A stretch of DNA of 63,424 nt, filler included, from Lenisia limosa (taxonomy: Eukaryota > Protista > Breviatea), in the NCBI GenBank assembly GCA_001655205.1. It is 15 parts of 15 records of this genome, joined end to end, with 100 filler letters (N's around TTAATTAATTAA, not from the genome) between each part and the next. Parts side by side here need not be neighbours in the genome. Positions count along the whole stretch, not along the records: positions 3,491 to 13,821 come from LPNZ01001116.1; positions 13,922 to 16,319 come from LPNZ01002616.1; positions 16,420 to 20,851 come from LPNZ01009805.1; positions 20,952 to 23,218 come from LPNZ01009340.1; positions 23,319 to 30,842 come from LPNZ01006199.1; 10 more parts are not named here. One strand, 5' to 3'. The first letter of the stretch is position 1, and every line of letters starts with the position of its first letter. Below the pieces are notes generated by a model. It worked only from the letters and a program-made list of their open reading frames with translations. It had not been told where the DNA came from and did not search any database. This document shows, one piece after another, positions 11,700 to 23,653 of the stretch. Position numbers and translations under genes: made by a program.

Positions 11700-13550
11700 T
11701 CGAACCAGGTTGAAAACCTCTCCGCTGCAACCCTGAACGTTCCGATGGCTTCACTAACCGCCGAGCCCTTCACTGGATGTTCGGCTGAAAAGGAGGGCAA
11801 GGTTTGGGAGGAGGAGAAGGGAGTGATTGGATAGGGGGATTATATATACTGCTAGGAATCTGCTTTAGGTGTTTTATCTTGCTTTGGTATTCAATATTTT
11901 ATTTGTTTCAACCTTGTTTTTTTATTTCTCATTGCTCTATATACAGAAAGTACGACATATCGCTCATATTGTGTCATAACATCACACACCTCGGCCATTC
12001 CGGTTACCCTGTTTATATTTAATGTAGTTATTGAATATTAATTATTATTCTAAAAAATCACTCAACACATTTAGGTGTTCTATCATGATAGCGATTTGTT
12101 CCTCTGCGCTTCGAATAACTTTGTTCGCCCCATCTACGCTAACCGTTGCGCTGATGTAGGCAGGCCCGTGTTTTGTTTTCATTAACTGCTGGGGAAGCGC
12201 ACAGAAAGCTGTGTGCACAGAGTTGTAAGGCAAATGATTGGTGTCATAATTTATTTTATTTCGCATCTGTCTAGACTATTAACGTTTACATCATCAGGTG
12301 CCCTTAGCAGCAAGAGCAGCCGCATCACAGTTCCTTTTTAAGAGCCAATTTGGCACTACCTACAAGGCAAACTGCACGGTTGAATCAGGTTTGTTGACAA
12401 ATAAATACATTGGGATACCATTATACAAATTACGTGCTTTCGCGCCCACGCCCAAACACACTCGGATGTAACACCCCAGATCTGACAACAGTGTTCTTCA
12501 AGGACCTCGTCATGACGTCAGGACAGGTCTCTCAGGGAAGTGAGTGGGGGACATAATAGAGCTTTACTATTGGTTACGATAATGACTGAATTTCCAAAAA
12601 AAAAATCTTCGATAAAAGGGAATTTAAACTTTTGCATAAGGATCCCAAGTCGATGTGACGTGGCGAGGGACTTTTTTTTCTGTCCAAAATCAAGATGGCA
12701 AGAGGATTTGACCCCCTCAGACTGTTCAATCTCACTTTAGTCAATCGACTCTTTTTTGGAGCAAAAAATATAAGAGACATTGGGGTAACCATAAAACACA
12801 ATTTTGATTAATCCCCTCTAGCACCAGCCTACCATGAGTATGTCGTGCACAATTTTACAGATTTTGGTATGGAGGGTGGGTGTTTACATATACAATTTAT
12901 TATTATACATGTATGTCTATATCCTCCGGTGTCTCCAGTTCTGACATTGGATACTAAGAAAGCACCTATGAACATTAACCAGTGGCCTATGTTCATATCA
13001 TCCATTATTAATTAGTACTTGTTTCATATAGTTATTCTTACCCACCTTCGAGTGATGGGATGCGGTGCTGCAGGCCTGGGCTTTGTTTGTTTTGTTGTCA
13101 TCAACCCTCGTGTGTTGTTATTCAACAGAGTTGATTTGAGCTTTTTTTGTTCATAAATTTTCCATTTTATCTCCCTTTTTTAACCTGACGCTTAGGACCT
13201 GTCGAGGTCATTCGACTGGGTGGAGCTGCAACTGCAACCGCCGGGGCAATATACTCCGTAGGGGAAAAAGGGGCAAGAATGTTCAGTCCGTTGGTGGGGG
13301 GAGTAAAGATTTATGACTCTAAAGAAGTGGTCCTTTTCTTTTGTCATTATTATGTAATATTATAATTTCTCAATGATGACGTTTCTCGCGCAGAGATTAT
13401 CTACCGTTCGGGTGAACTATCGAAATTTTCTAGAAATTCTGTCATTTTCTGGATTGGAGTGAAGACCTACCTATCTGTTAATTCACTCTACGCAGACGGG
13501 ATGGGCGGATTTCTACCTTCCATGGCCAACCACATCTGTTGCGATTAAGG
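11700..13550 (+). CDS. Unknown multi-exon gene (partial model)
   Basis: GT/AG-bounded open exons at ~11700-11800 (NQVENLSAATLNVPMASLTAEPFTGCSAEKEGK), ~12090-12155 (DLFLCASNNFVRPIYANRCAD), ~12300-12390, ~12480-12540, ~13197-13257 and ~13497-13550 (ends ..NHICCD*). Confidence 0.35.
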
Positions 13551-13570
13551 GCACCGTTCTGATCGGAAGT

Positions 13571-13651
13571 GTGGGTTGGTGACTTGGTTTATATTTTGTG
13601 GGTTGGTGACTTGGTTTATATTTTGTGGGTTGGTGACTTGGTTTATATTTT
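13571..13651 (+). repeat. Tandem repeat, 3 x 27 bp (GTGGGTTGGTGACTTGGTTTATATTTT)
   Basis: Three head-to-tail copies with no spacers. Confidence 0.9.
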
Positions 13652-14528
13652 TTTTGATAATTTCATAAATGATATACTATATCATATGGTATGGTATGCA
13701 TACTTATATACAATTATATATTATACATGTCTATCTATCTATCTATGATATATATGTATAGTATATGACACTACCTTATTTTTTTTTTTATATAGTAATT
13801 TTTTATATTATATGTACATAANNNNNNNNNNNNNNNNNNNNNNNNNNNNNNNNNNNNNNNNNNNNTTAATTAATTAANNNNNNNNNNNNNNNNNNNNNNN
13901 NNNNNNNNNNNNNNNNNNNNNAAAAAAAAAAAAAAAATTACTGGAAAAGACCCCCCCCCCCAAAAAAAAAAGGCCAAAACCAACTCTGTTTGCTATTAAC
14001 ACACAAGGGTTGAAAACAACAAAACAAACAAAAAAAACTGACAACACACAAGGGTTGAAAACAACAAAACAAACAAAAACCAGGCCACCGCATCCCATCA
14101 CTCCAGCGTGGGGGGGGGGGCGGGTTGTTTGGATTTGGAAATAGAATGGTGCATTATTACGAATCAGAGCACTCAATACAGTGAAGTCATAAAACCCCTT
14201 CAGACACTTTCTCAAATTCCTTCAAATAAATAATTAAAAAGCCCTCACACTCATTTTATAATAGCGATGGGATATACAACAAATTTTTATCTGGCCGAAG
14301 CTGTCCACACCATTACGCTTATAAGCGATCTTGGATTATGGTGTATGTGCATATAGCTATAACATGAATTCACCCAATCATTTACCTTGCAACTCGCATT
14401 TTATTCATACCTTGATTTTACTGAGGGTGGTGTAGGAAGAATTGCGGTTTTCTTTGGTTCGGGTTTGGCTTTCTGGGAGGAGGTTAGGAAGAGAAAATCA
14501 GGACAACGTAAAAAAGTAGTATCAAAAT

Positions 14529-14627
14529 TAGGACTTCACTTCGGTTCGAAAAAAGACTGAATTTCGATAAATTCTCGAAAACTTTCGATATTTTACCGGT
14601 CTTTTTTTGAACCGAAGTGAAGCCCTA
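14529..14627. mobile_element. Family C MITE (hAT-type, ~100 bp)
   Basis: TAGGACTTCACTTCGGTTCGAAAAAAGAC...GTCTTTTTTTGAACCGAAGTGAAGCCCTA; 8-bp flanks ATCAAAAT/ATAAAAAT (7/8). Confidence 0.88.
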
Positions 14628-14823
14628 ATAAAAATATATTTATATATGCATATATTATTTATTATTATTTGATCTGATTGCAGTAGGACGACGAAAAGAG
14701 GTATTAATTAAAGGCAAAAGCACAATCTCTTACCACCCCCTCCATGCATATACCCAAAAACAAAACAAAAAAAATTATTACTGACAACAGTTAATTAAAA
14801 GGAAAAGAGAACACAATAGCCCA

Positions 14824-16319
14824 CCGTCTCCTCAGCCTCCTTCTTAGCCCTCAATTCCCGAGACTCCTGTATGAACTTCGGAGTAGTTGACCAGCTCGAT
14901 ACCTGAGGCTCGGGTTTGGCCGGCCCGGGTTTGATGACTGGAGAGAAAATAAAAACAGAAGATCAACAACAAAAAAAAAACAGAAGATCCATTCAATCAG
15001 GCTTGATGAATCGAATCAAAATAATCAGAAAAACAAAAAAAAAACAGAAAATCTCTCATGGAAAGAATACTAATAGTAATAAAAATCAATTGTCAGGTTT
15101 ACGGACTGCAAACGTTAGTCAAACTCGGAACAGAAAATCAGCTCTATCAAACAGAATACGATTTGTTGAACCACAAAAACAAACAAACAAATTGGTGATT
15201 TGTTTATGGTATTCCTATGTATTTATCAGTTTCATCAACTATTGTTGAATGAAGATGTGATGACATAGAGACGATTGACAAAAAAACAAAGCACGATAAC
15301 CGTGTCAGGACTTATCACGGTCAGTGTATGTTATAACTCCTAAAAAAATGACAAAGCACCCCCAACTGGTTTTGGCAGTGGCGGGTTTGGCGACAGTTTT
15401 AGCAGNNNNNNNNNNNNNNNNNNNNNNNNNNNNNNNNNNNNNNNNNNNNNNNNNNNNNNNNNNNNNNNNNNNNNNNNNNNNNNNNGGTAAAACGAAAGGA
15501 ATTTCGATGAAGAATACTGGCGTAAAAGTACTAATCACGAACCGAATAATCTGAAACTCCAAAAACAAAAACAAACAATAACAAAAACGAGCAAAATACG
15601 TTAAAACTAGAAATAAACAGATTCTCTAGAGAGGGTAAAAATTGAGTATTTCATGTACCAACAAAGCCTGAAATCAACTCTGTTGGTTAGCAATACACGA
15701 GGGTTGAAAACAGGAAAACAAACACAACCCAGGCCAGTCGCTTCAGCAGCGTGTAATTTTGAAACCACACAGAGAAACATAACCATTAGATTATATAAAA
15801 TTGTACGAGATACGACAAAATGAGAGGGGGGTAAAACGAAGGAAATTTCGATGAAGAATATATGATATCATGATAAGCAGTGACCGATAAGTCTTGACCT
15901 TTTGTCCTTGGGAAATCACAGAGAAAATCGGTCAAAACATAAACCAGCTGTATATCATATACGTGTACATATCATTGTACAGTATACCCTTCCCACGTTG
16001 CTCTCGAGTCTCTTCCGCAGCATGGCCCGCTTGCTCTCCTATATAATGACTTGTTTGAAGAAGAAATAATACAATAGAATCTAGGGAAACAAATTAATAC
16101 ATAGGGATACCATCAGAACAAATTGGCATAACACCACGATGTCCAAAATAATTTGTTCTCCTGTCTAGCACGTCCCAAACGTTGTCCCCTGTCACTCACT
16201 CCTTCGGACACCCCCTTGAAGACTCTTTTTTCTCCTCTAAAGGCCCCCAAACCACGATACAACTCCTCAGTTGCCCCCGAGAACCAAGCCAACACTTTTC
16301 AGAATTTCGCTTCCCCCTC
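14824..16319 (-). CDS. Putative exons of an unknown charged protein
   Basis: Exon-like segments ~16040-15997 (ESKRAMLRKRLESN) and ~14900-14824 (VSSWSTTPKFIQESRELRAKKEAEET) with canonical splice sites, plus a possible exon near 16190-16300. Confidence 0.3.
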
Positions 16320-16780
16320 NNNNNNNNNNNNNNNNNNNNNNNNNNNNNNNNNNNNNNNNNNNNTTAATTAATTAANNNNNNNNNNNNNNNNNNNNNNNNN
16401 NNNNNNNNNNNNNNNNNNNTCACGCTTATAAGATAGATACAAATACACCTGATAGATTCAACATTATACACCCTCACTTTAAAAGCAGGTTAAAAACAGG
16501 TACTTAGTCGTAGGCCATAGCGAGAACTCGACTTAACTACAGGGGTGAGAAAATAGGGGGGGGGGTAGAGGTGAGACAATAAAGGAGGCCGAAATATCGA
16601 TATTATTCTAAAGTGGCTCGAAAGCCCNNNNNNNNNNNNNNNNNNNNNNNNNNNNNNNNNNNNNNNNNNNNNNNNNNNNNNNNNNNNNNNNNNNNNNNNN
16701 NNNNNNNNNNNNNNNNNNNNNNNNATATCGATAGTTTTCGAGTATTTATCGTGAAGTGAAGCCCTGCAAACCGAGTTAAC

Positions 16781-17890
16781 CCATGCCATTTTGTCTTCAT
16801 GAGACGAGGCGGAGAGGAAGAACGTGCGACGGGGAGTTGCCAGGCTGAAAACATATTCGGTCTGCTTGTATTCCTCGCTGTCACTGACCGAGCAGGACTC
16901 GCTGAAGTGTCATTGTTGTTGATAGTGATTGATGATGATGGTAATGGTTAATAGGATGTAATAATTTAACATTATACTCGATAATTCACTTGCCTAAGAA
17001 ATGTTGTTAACGATGATGGAAATGATGGTGATGGTGATAATGATAAACATGATGATAACATTATAAATTGATAAGCCTAAGCAAGACGCACGAAGCGTAT
17101 TAAATAATCTGAACACACTGACCGCGATAAGTCCTGACACGATTAACAAGAGAAAGCCCAAATCTTTGACAGGACTAACCGTGATTACTGTATGTTTATA
17201 ATATGTTGCTCGTCAACATGATGATTATAAGTCATAATATTTTATGCAAAATCACTTTATCATCAAATGCCCTGGGGATTTTTATTCTCATCATTTTTCC
17301 TTGGGATTATCATCATTATTTTTTTTTCTTTATTATCAAATTTGTAAAATTGAAAGTAGTCGGCAGGCAACCAAAGAAAAACTGCTTCACCCCNNNNNNN
17401 NNNNNNNNNNNNNNNNNNNNNNNNNNNNNNNNNNNNNNNNNNNNNNNNNNNNNNNNNNNNNNNNNNNNNNNNNNNNNNNNNNGGATAAAAGGCGGATAAA
17501 TAGAACCGCCCATGATTACCTCCATAACACTTAAATCAACTAACCAATCCGAAAAAAACGGATGCGCTAAGGTGGCAGACACATATCGGAAAGCGAACCC
17601 TCCACTCATAACACTCATAACACTCATTCCCTTCAAACTCAAGGAAGATGCGACCCTGAGGCTCTCCAGCTTCAAGTTTCTAAAGAATTAGGCCTATCAT
17701 CGCCTTTCACTACCTCTGCGCCTTTGTAGAAGGTCAGTGTGTTCTTCTTCAAGACGAAGTATCGATACTTCCAGGTCTTGAATTTCAATCCTGAGTGGTG
17801 AGGGTGACATTGATTAGTTTGGTGACGAACCTTCTTTCATCAAGAAGCCCTCGCGTTCCGTACCATCCGTCTTGCCCACTGGCGTTTGCG
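16781..17890 (-). CDS. PH-domain protein (internal exons)
   Basis: Spliced: TEREGFLMKEG / LKFKTWKYRYFVLKKNTLTFYKGAE / KLEAGEPQGRIFLEFEG / ..YVFSLATPRRTFFLSASSHEDKMAW. This is the canonical PH pattern (GFL.K, W..RYFVL....L.FYK, RTF.L.A, terminal W). Confidence 0.85.
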
Positions 17891-20250
17891 CTGAAGAAGG
17901 TGAGTGGTTAAGACAAGGAGCATACCAAAAGATTTCAGGTTCTGAACAGAGCCATTGGCTTTCACCTAGAAATATTAACAGGAAAAGGTGGTGTTTTACC
18001 CACATTAGATCCGACAGAGGTCATTCAATTGGCTGATAGCAGTTCTTTTGCGAAAAAAAACGAGAGTCCAACAACCGAATCTCCAAATAGTATTGCAAAT
18101 TAACGTAATATACACTAAGCTCTCAATTATAGGCGTCAAAAAGGGAAACGCATCAAAATCAAAAACACTAATAAATGAGAACGTGTACGCAACATGTGGC
18201 GTGGCCTTTTGTTGGTGTGAAATGGTCCCTCCCTCCTCCTCTTCCTCCTATTAAACAAAGAAAGTTGTGAAGTCAAATAGTTTGTACCGGTTTTCAGAGG
18301 GGATTTCAAGATGAATCGCCTGAAGCAGCGAATGCAAGAGAGGCGACTTGAAAAGGTAAGCGCTGGTCTCGTTTGTACACTACGGATTGTATTAAGTCTG
18401 GAGTAAATTTCAAATCAAGTCCTAGTGTGCTTTGCTTGGACATAAGTTTTGTTAGAGATGGGCATTGAATGGTTGTTGCATTATTGGCATCGTTCCACTC
18501 TTTTCTTCCTTCGAAAGAAGCCATTTTCTTCCGTTTATATGATTCAATTTGTTGGGGTTATTATTATTGTTTTTATGGAGGGTGGCTTATCCTTTCATCC
18601 GATTCTATGCGTCTTCCTTGATAATACTGCATTCGTTTCTCAATTCATAAGAATCCACCGCTCTCGTTTCTGATTCTTCCTGACTAGCTTTTATAGGCCT
18701 TTCTCTTTTTTCTTAAGATGATATTGATTTTTCTTTGGAATCTGTGCAATTAATTGGACACATTGTAACTAGAACCCCTTTTCAGACCTTTTAATTTCAA
18801 ATATTACCAATTAATTGCTTCAATCACAATTGCCTCCGTTCAAAGTTATACTATTGCCTCTCATTTAATGATACTATATAGCACTTTCCCATTCACTTGT
18901 GCAATTTATTTTGTATTGCCTCTTTCCATACCACTCTATTTATAAATATTATCTCTTATAAATTTTGTATAAATTTAACTCGAGAAACATATTTTACCAT
19001 CCCTTCATCTAACAGCTCAATTCCTTTATTGAAAACGAAACTTTTTTTTTTTTTTGTTTTTTCACATTAAAATGACCCAACAATTGACATGGTACCCTAT
19101 TTCTCTATTTTAACGTCTCTAGTTGCATGCCCAAGAAGAAGAAGAGTACGACTTTCCTCTCCTCCAGGTATTTTGGCTTTTTGTTTTTGCTTTAAATAAA
19201 GGCTCCGTGCAATGAATATTTTGAACAGATTAATTGACAAAATTTGAAGTTATTATGCATGAAATGGCGTTCCCATTATAATATGTATCATTTCAAATTT
19301 TGAAAATAAATTTTCAATTAATTGCACAGAGTCGTACTTGAAAGCTTTTGTTTTCACAACTTACGTGCTCTATGTTTTGTGCGTGCACACATGATTTCCC
19401 CTTTGTTTTTGTTTTTTATGCTTTTTCACAGCTGTTTATTGTTTGCATTTCACTCGATATTTTGCTTTCTTCAAATTACTCATACCACTACAGAATCATA
19501 TTAAACAAGATTAGCCAAGGCACTATAAATGATCACCTTTCATTTTAGCCAAGCTGTAATTGATCAACCTAAATGATATAATGATGAATGAAATCAAGTA
19601 CTGCGAGAGAATTCCTCCATTTCCCGCCATTTAGCGTTTTCAGATAAAAGGAGTTCATATCTTAAATGCATACTTGATAGTGGTATCTTATGATTTTGCT
19701 TTTTCAGCTGAAAGGACTTCATTTTTTTATGACCTTAGCATTTACTTCAGTCTTGTGATATCCTCAATAATCATCAAAATTTAAGTAGAATACTGTACTA
19801 TTTATCGAAATTTTAATAGAATACTATCAAAATTTAGTATTAATACAATCATATGCATATAAAAATTCATTGCTATGCGATAATCTTAGCCTCACAATTA
19901 ATGCTTCACTCTGAACCAGAAAATGACTGATTTGTTCGATAAATCATCGATATCGATAGTTTACAGATTTGTTCCAGTAAACTATTCCAGTGTACTTTTC
20001 TAGAATACTATCAATATATCAATATATGATATGCTGTATCATACTAAATATATATATCGACATATCGATATCTAATTATATCTATATATGCATCTGTATA
20101 GCGTATATGATATGATATAGCAATAAAGTTGTATCAGGCCGAAGCCGTCCACACCATGCCTTATTTACAAACAATAGTTGGTATCATATGTTACCCATAT
20201 TCACAGATCTTTATGATACTAGTTTCAATAGAGACTTTACAGCAAAACAA

Positions 20251-20410
20251 CTAGTCACAATCATAGGACGCTGTAACACTGCCAATCGAGGAAGAGGTGG
20301 TGGAGGAAAATCCGGTGTCAACCCAGGGCGTTTTTGACGACATCGCACCCGGGTTCTTCACTGTGGATTTTGACCCTATAGAGGTTGGCGGTTCTATGAC
20401 TTTATCTTCT
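20251..20410 (-). CDS. Possible terminal exon of an unknown gene
   Basis: GC-richer open segment ending ..KTPWVDTGFSSTTSSSIGSVTASYDCD*; upstream is a gap. Confidence 0.25.
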
Positions 20411-20951
20411 ATCCCCCCCCCCCNNNNNNNNNNNNNNNNNNNNNNNNNNNNNNNNNNNNNNNNNNNNNNNNNNNNNNNNNNNNNNNNNNNNNNNNNNNNN
20501 NNNNNNNNNNNNNNNNNNNNNNNNNNNNNNNNNNNNNNGTCGTTCACACAAACTATGGTTACTATACTGTTACTTTTAGCATAAAACAACCCTAATGGGT
20601 CTAAGCTAGTCACCTGTAACGACCTTATATTTTGACTGACAGAGTGGTTCTGTTCCTACTGCTCACAATATTTGTATTATATTATATGAGGACCGAATAG
20701 AGTTCCATTTGTGTCGATACAATATCGATGAAATAACTTATCCCTTCGTATGAAATCGTATACGTATGGAATTAGTACGTAGTAGTATCCCGAGTTTACC
20801 CTCCCAGCTTGTATATTATGACACCCCCCACCCCCAACATGATATATCCCANNNNNNNNNNNNNNNNNNNNNNNNNNNNNNNNNNNNNNNNNNNNTTAAT
20901 TAATTAANNNNNNNNNNNNNNNNNNNNNNNNNNNNNNNNNNNNNNNNNNNN

Positions 20952-21122
20952 GGTGCTGCAGAAGCGACTGGCCTGGCTTTGTTTCTTTTTTTGTTATTAA
21001 CCCTCGTGTGTTGTCAACCAACAGAGTTGATTTGAGTTTTCTTGTTTCATAAATTTTCAAATTTTATTACCTTTACACTATTCTTCATCGAAATTTCCTT
21101 CGTTTTATCCCCCCCTCCCCAG
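20952..21122 (+). repeat. Composite family A + family B cassette ending at a splice acceptor
   Basis: GGTGCTGCAGAAGCGACTGGCC..AACAGAGTTGATTTGAG..TTTCATAAATTTTCAAATTTT, then ATTCTTCATCGAAATTTCCTTCGTTTTATCCCCCCCTCCCCAG|exon. Confidence 0.8.
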
Positions 21123-23111
21123 AGTGTGTATTTGTAGGCCGCCGTAAACCGTGTTCAGTCAGAAAGAACCGTTCTGCCCCTTCAAAGCCAAAGAAGCGTC
21201 CTGAATATTACCCCCAATCGGACCTGCTAAATGCGTCTCCCGATTTATTGGAGTACAATGATGACTGGCAGTATACTAGTCAAAGTTGGGGGGGGGGGCT
21301 AATTTTCTCATTTACTAGGAATCCTATATCTCTGAAAGAAGGGCAGACTCTTACTAGTTTTATTTATAGACAAATGATTTGCACCTGTTGAATAGTATAA
21401 TATATATATATATATCTAGATATATATATAGTATATAGGTGACCATACATGAACGCGAACACTCACATGAACGCGAACGCTTTTTAAAAACACGTAATTA
21501 AATGCGATTTAACTCAACTTTTACCCAATATTCAATAATTAACACTGGGAAAGCGTTTTTTAGCAAAATTGATTTTTTAGAATTTTCTAGAATAGTCTCT
21601 TAAAAATTCAGTTCAGTTCATTGCCCCTTTTCTCCAATTTTTTTTTTCAAAGCCGCATAAACATCAAATGTAATTCAGTTGAATTAGTGTAAAATACTTT
21701 AGTGGTGTTATCCAGTTGAATTCGATACTATAGTAATACTCCTCAATGAATATCCTCAAAACCCTTTGAAAAATGGTCACACCACAACTANNNNNNNNNN
21801 AATAAAACAGTGAAAACAATGAGGTGGCATTTTGTCTGTCAGCGACAGAGCATAAACATCAAATGTAATCAGTTGTCAGTTGAATTAGTGTAAAAAACTT
21901 TAGTTGAATTCGATACTGTAGTAATACTCCTCAATGAATATCCTCAAAACCCTTTGAAAAATGGTCACACCACAACTAGAGAATGTGGTCCTTTATACCC
22001 TTGTATTTTTGGAGGTTACACCCAATGCACACCCTCAAACAATGATTAAAAGCTTCTTGAGACTCGTGGAGAGGAAAAAACGTGACAGTTCGGGTGAATG
22101 TTGGGATGATTGTTCCGAGGGTCTTTATTGGTCTTTTGTACAAAACAAAACTCAGGAAAACAAAAGTGAGATACTAAGCTAGCAAATGGGCAAGAAAAAA
22201 AATTCGAATCAAAAATCTATGTTTCAAACTGTATATCATATAATATATATGTACATATTATGTAATCTATCATATGATGATGCAATACCTTGATCGCCGC
22301 TACAGACCCTAAAAAGACTAAATTTTTCAATACATCCTTGGTACATACATATACAGTGACTGGGATAAGTCTTTACCAATTTTACTTTAGAAATCACATA
22401 GCAAATCGGTCAACATTCATTTGACGGCAATATTCGGGCCTTTGTGAAGCCCTAAAAATACCACTACGTACGCTGACGCTGTAGTTGAAGAGGAGCCTAG
22501 GGAGCTTGTTATTATGCCGCACGACAATAGGCCCGAATTGGTCGTTCAGAGGTCGCTCGAGGAGANNNNNNNNNNGACAGTTCGGGTGAATGTTGGGATG
22601 ATTGTTCCGAGGGTCTTTATTGGTCTTTTGTACAAAACAAAACTCTGGAAAACCAAAGTGAGGTACTAAGCTAGCAAATGGGCAAGAAAAAAATACTCAT
22701 AAAAAATCTATGTTTCGCTCTGAAAACAATTGGAGAAAAGGGGCATGAACTGAACTGAATTTTTAGAGACTATTCTAGAAATTCTAAAAAAGATCAATTT
22801 TGCATAAAACGCTTTTCCAGTGTTAATTATTGAATATTGTGTAAAAATGATGAGTTAAGTCGCATCTAATTGCGGATTTTTGTATGTTTTTAAAAAGCGT
22901 TCGCGTTCATGTATGGACGCGAACACTATATATTTAATATATATATTATATATTTAAAGGGGTGTCTCATAACTGTCACAATAGAAGCCTCACTTTTGAC
23001 CCAACAGATGATGGTACCTGGATAGCGGGCCACTATAACAACCAGGGCGCGTCCGAATACAATATCCAGGGTGCTGTGGCACTCGGAGTACTCCCCATGA
23101 ACATGCCTGAG
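21123..23111 (+). CDS. Unknown spliced gene (internal exons)
   Basis: Exons 21123-21284 (CVFVGRRKPCSVRK..DDWQYTSQ), ~22483-22565 (EEEPRELVIMPHDNRPELVVQRSLEE) and 23008-23111 (DGTWIAGHYNNQGASEYNIQGAVALGVLPMNMPE). Confidence 0.45.
21443..22916. mobile_element. Foldback-type inverted repeat pair (~200-bp arms, ~1.47 kb span)
   Basis: Left arm CCATACATGAACGCGAAC..CAATATTCAATAATTAACACTGG.AAAGCG..CTAGAATAGTCTC..AATTCAGTTCAGTTCA..GCCCCTTTTCTCCAATT (21443-~21640) is the reverse complement of ~22725-22916. No convincing TSD. Confidence 0.8.
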
Positions 23112-23653
23112 GTTGGGGGTTATCTTCTGCATTTTGGAGGGGAAAGGGTTTTTATGCAAAGGGGGTGAAGTTGGTCTGGGTTAGTTTTGCTGTGTAGATA
23201 TCCATATTTTGATAATATNNNNNNNNNNNNNNNNNNNNNNNNNNNNNNNNNNNNNNNNNNNNTTAATTAATTAANNNNNNNNNNNNNNNNNNNNNNNNNN
23301 NNNNNNNNNNNNNNNNNNATTCATTTTTGTGTCATTTATCTATCCTGAATCTATCCATGTAACATCCAAATATGGTTGCTAATATTTAGCAATTAGTGAT
23401 TAAAAACTTCAAACAATACCCTTATTCGCTCATACTCATATTCGCTATTGCTAATCCGGTGAGTCAATAGGGGATGACGGATAATTAGGGTTTCGCTTCA
23501 GTTTGAAAAAGACCGGTAATATCGAAGTTTTCGACGATTTATCGAGAAATTCAGTGAACCCTCGCTATCTTCGTTCATCATTTCGACTCGAAGTCGGCCA
23601 TATAATATATCATATGATCATTTCACTTGTGGATATGGGTTAACATTTCACAG

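Noticed and set aside
13571-13651. 27-bp repeats as a CRISPR array
   Set aside because: Head-to-tail with no spacers, eukaryotic context, no cas genes.
18298-18524. Minus ORF 18306-18524 versus plus exon-like MNRLKQRMQERRLEK (18298-18356)
   Set aside because: The two readings conflict and neither could be linked confidently to a gene.
21650-21980. ~135-bp direct duplication (21650-21790 vs ~21845-21980)
   Set aside because: The copies flank a 10-N gap, typical of overlapping contig ends or haplotypes; needs long reads.
22085-22720. ~140-bp direct duplication (22085-22225 vs 22577-22720) as LTRs
   Set aside because: The second copy starts right after a 10-N gap, and there are no TG..CA ends, PBS or PPT; probably a scaffolding artefact.
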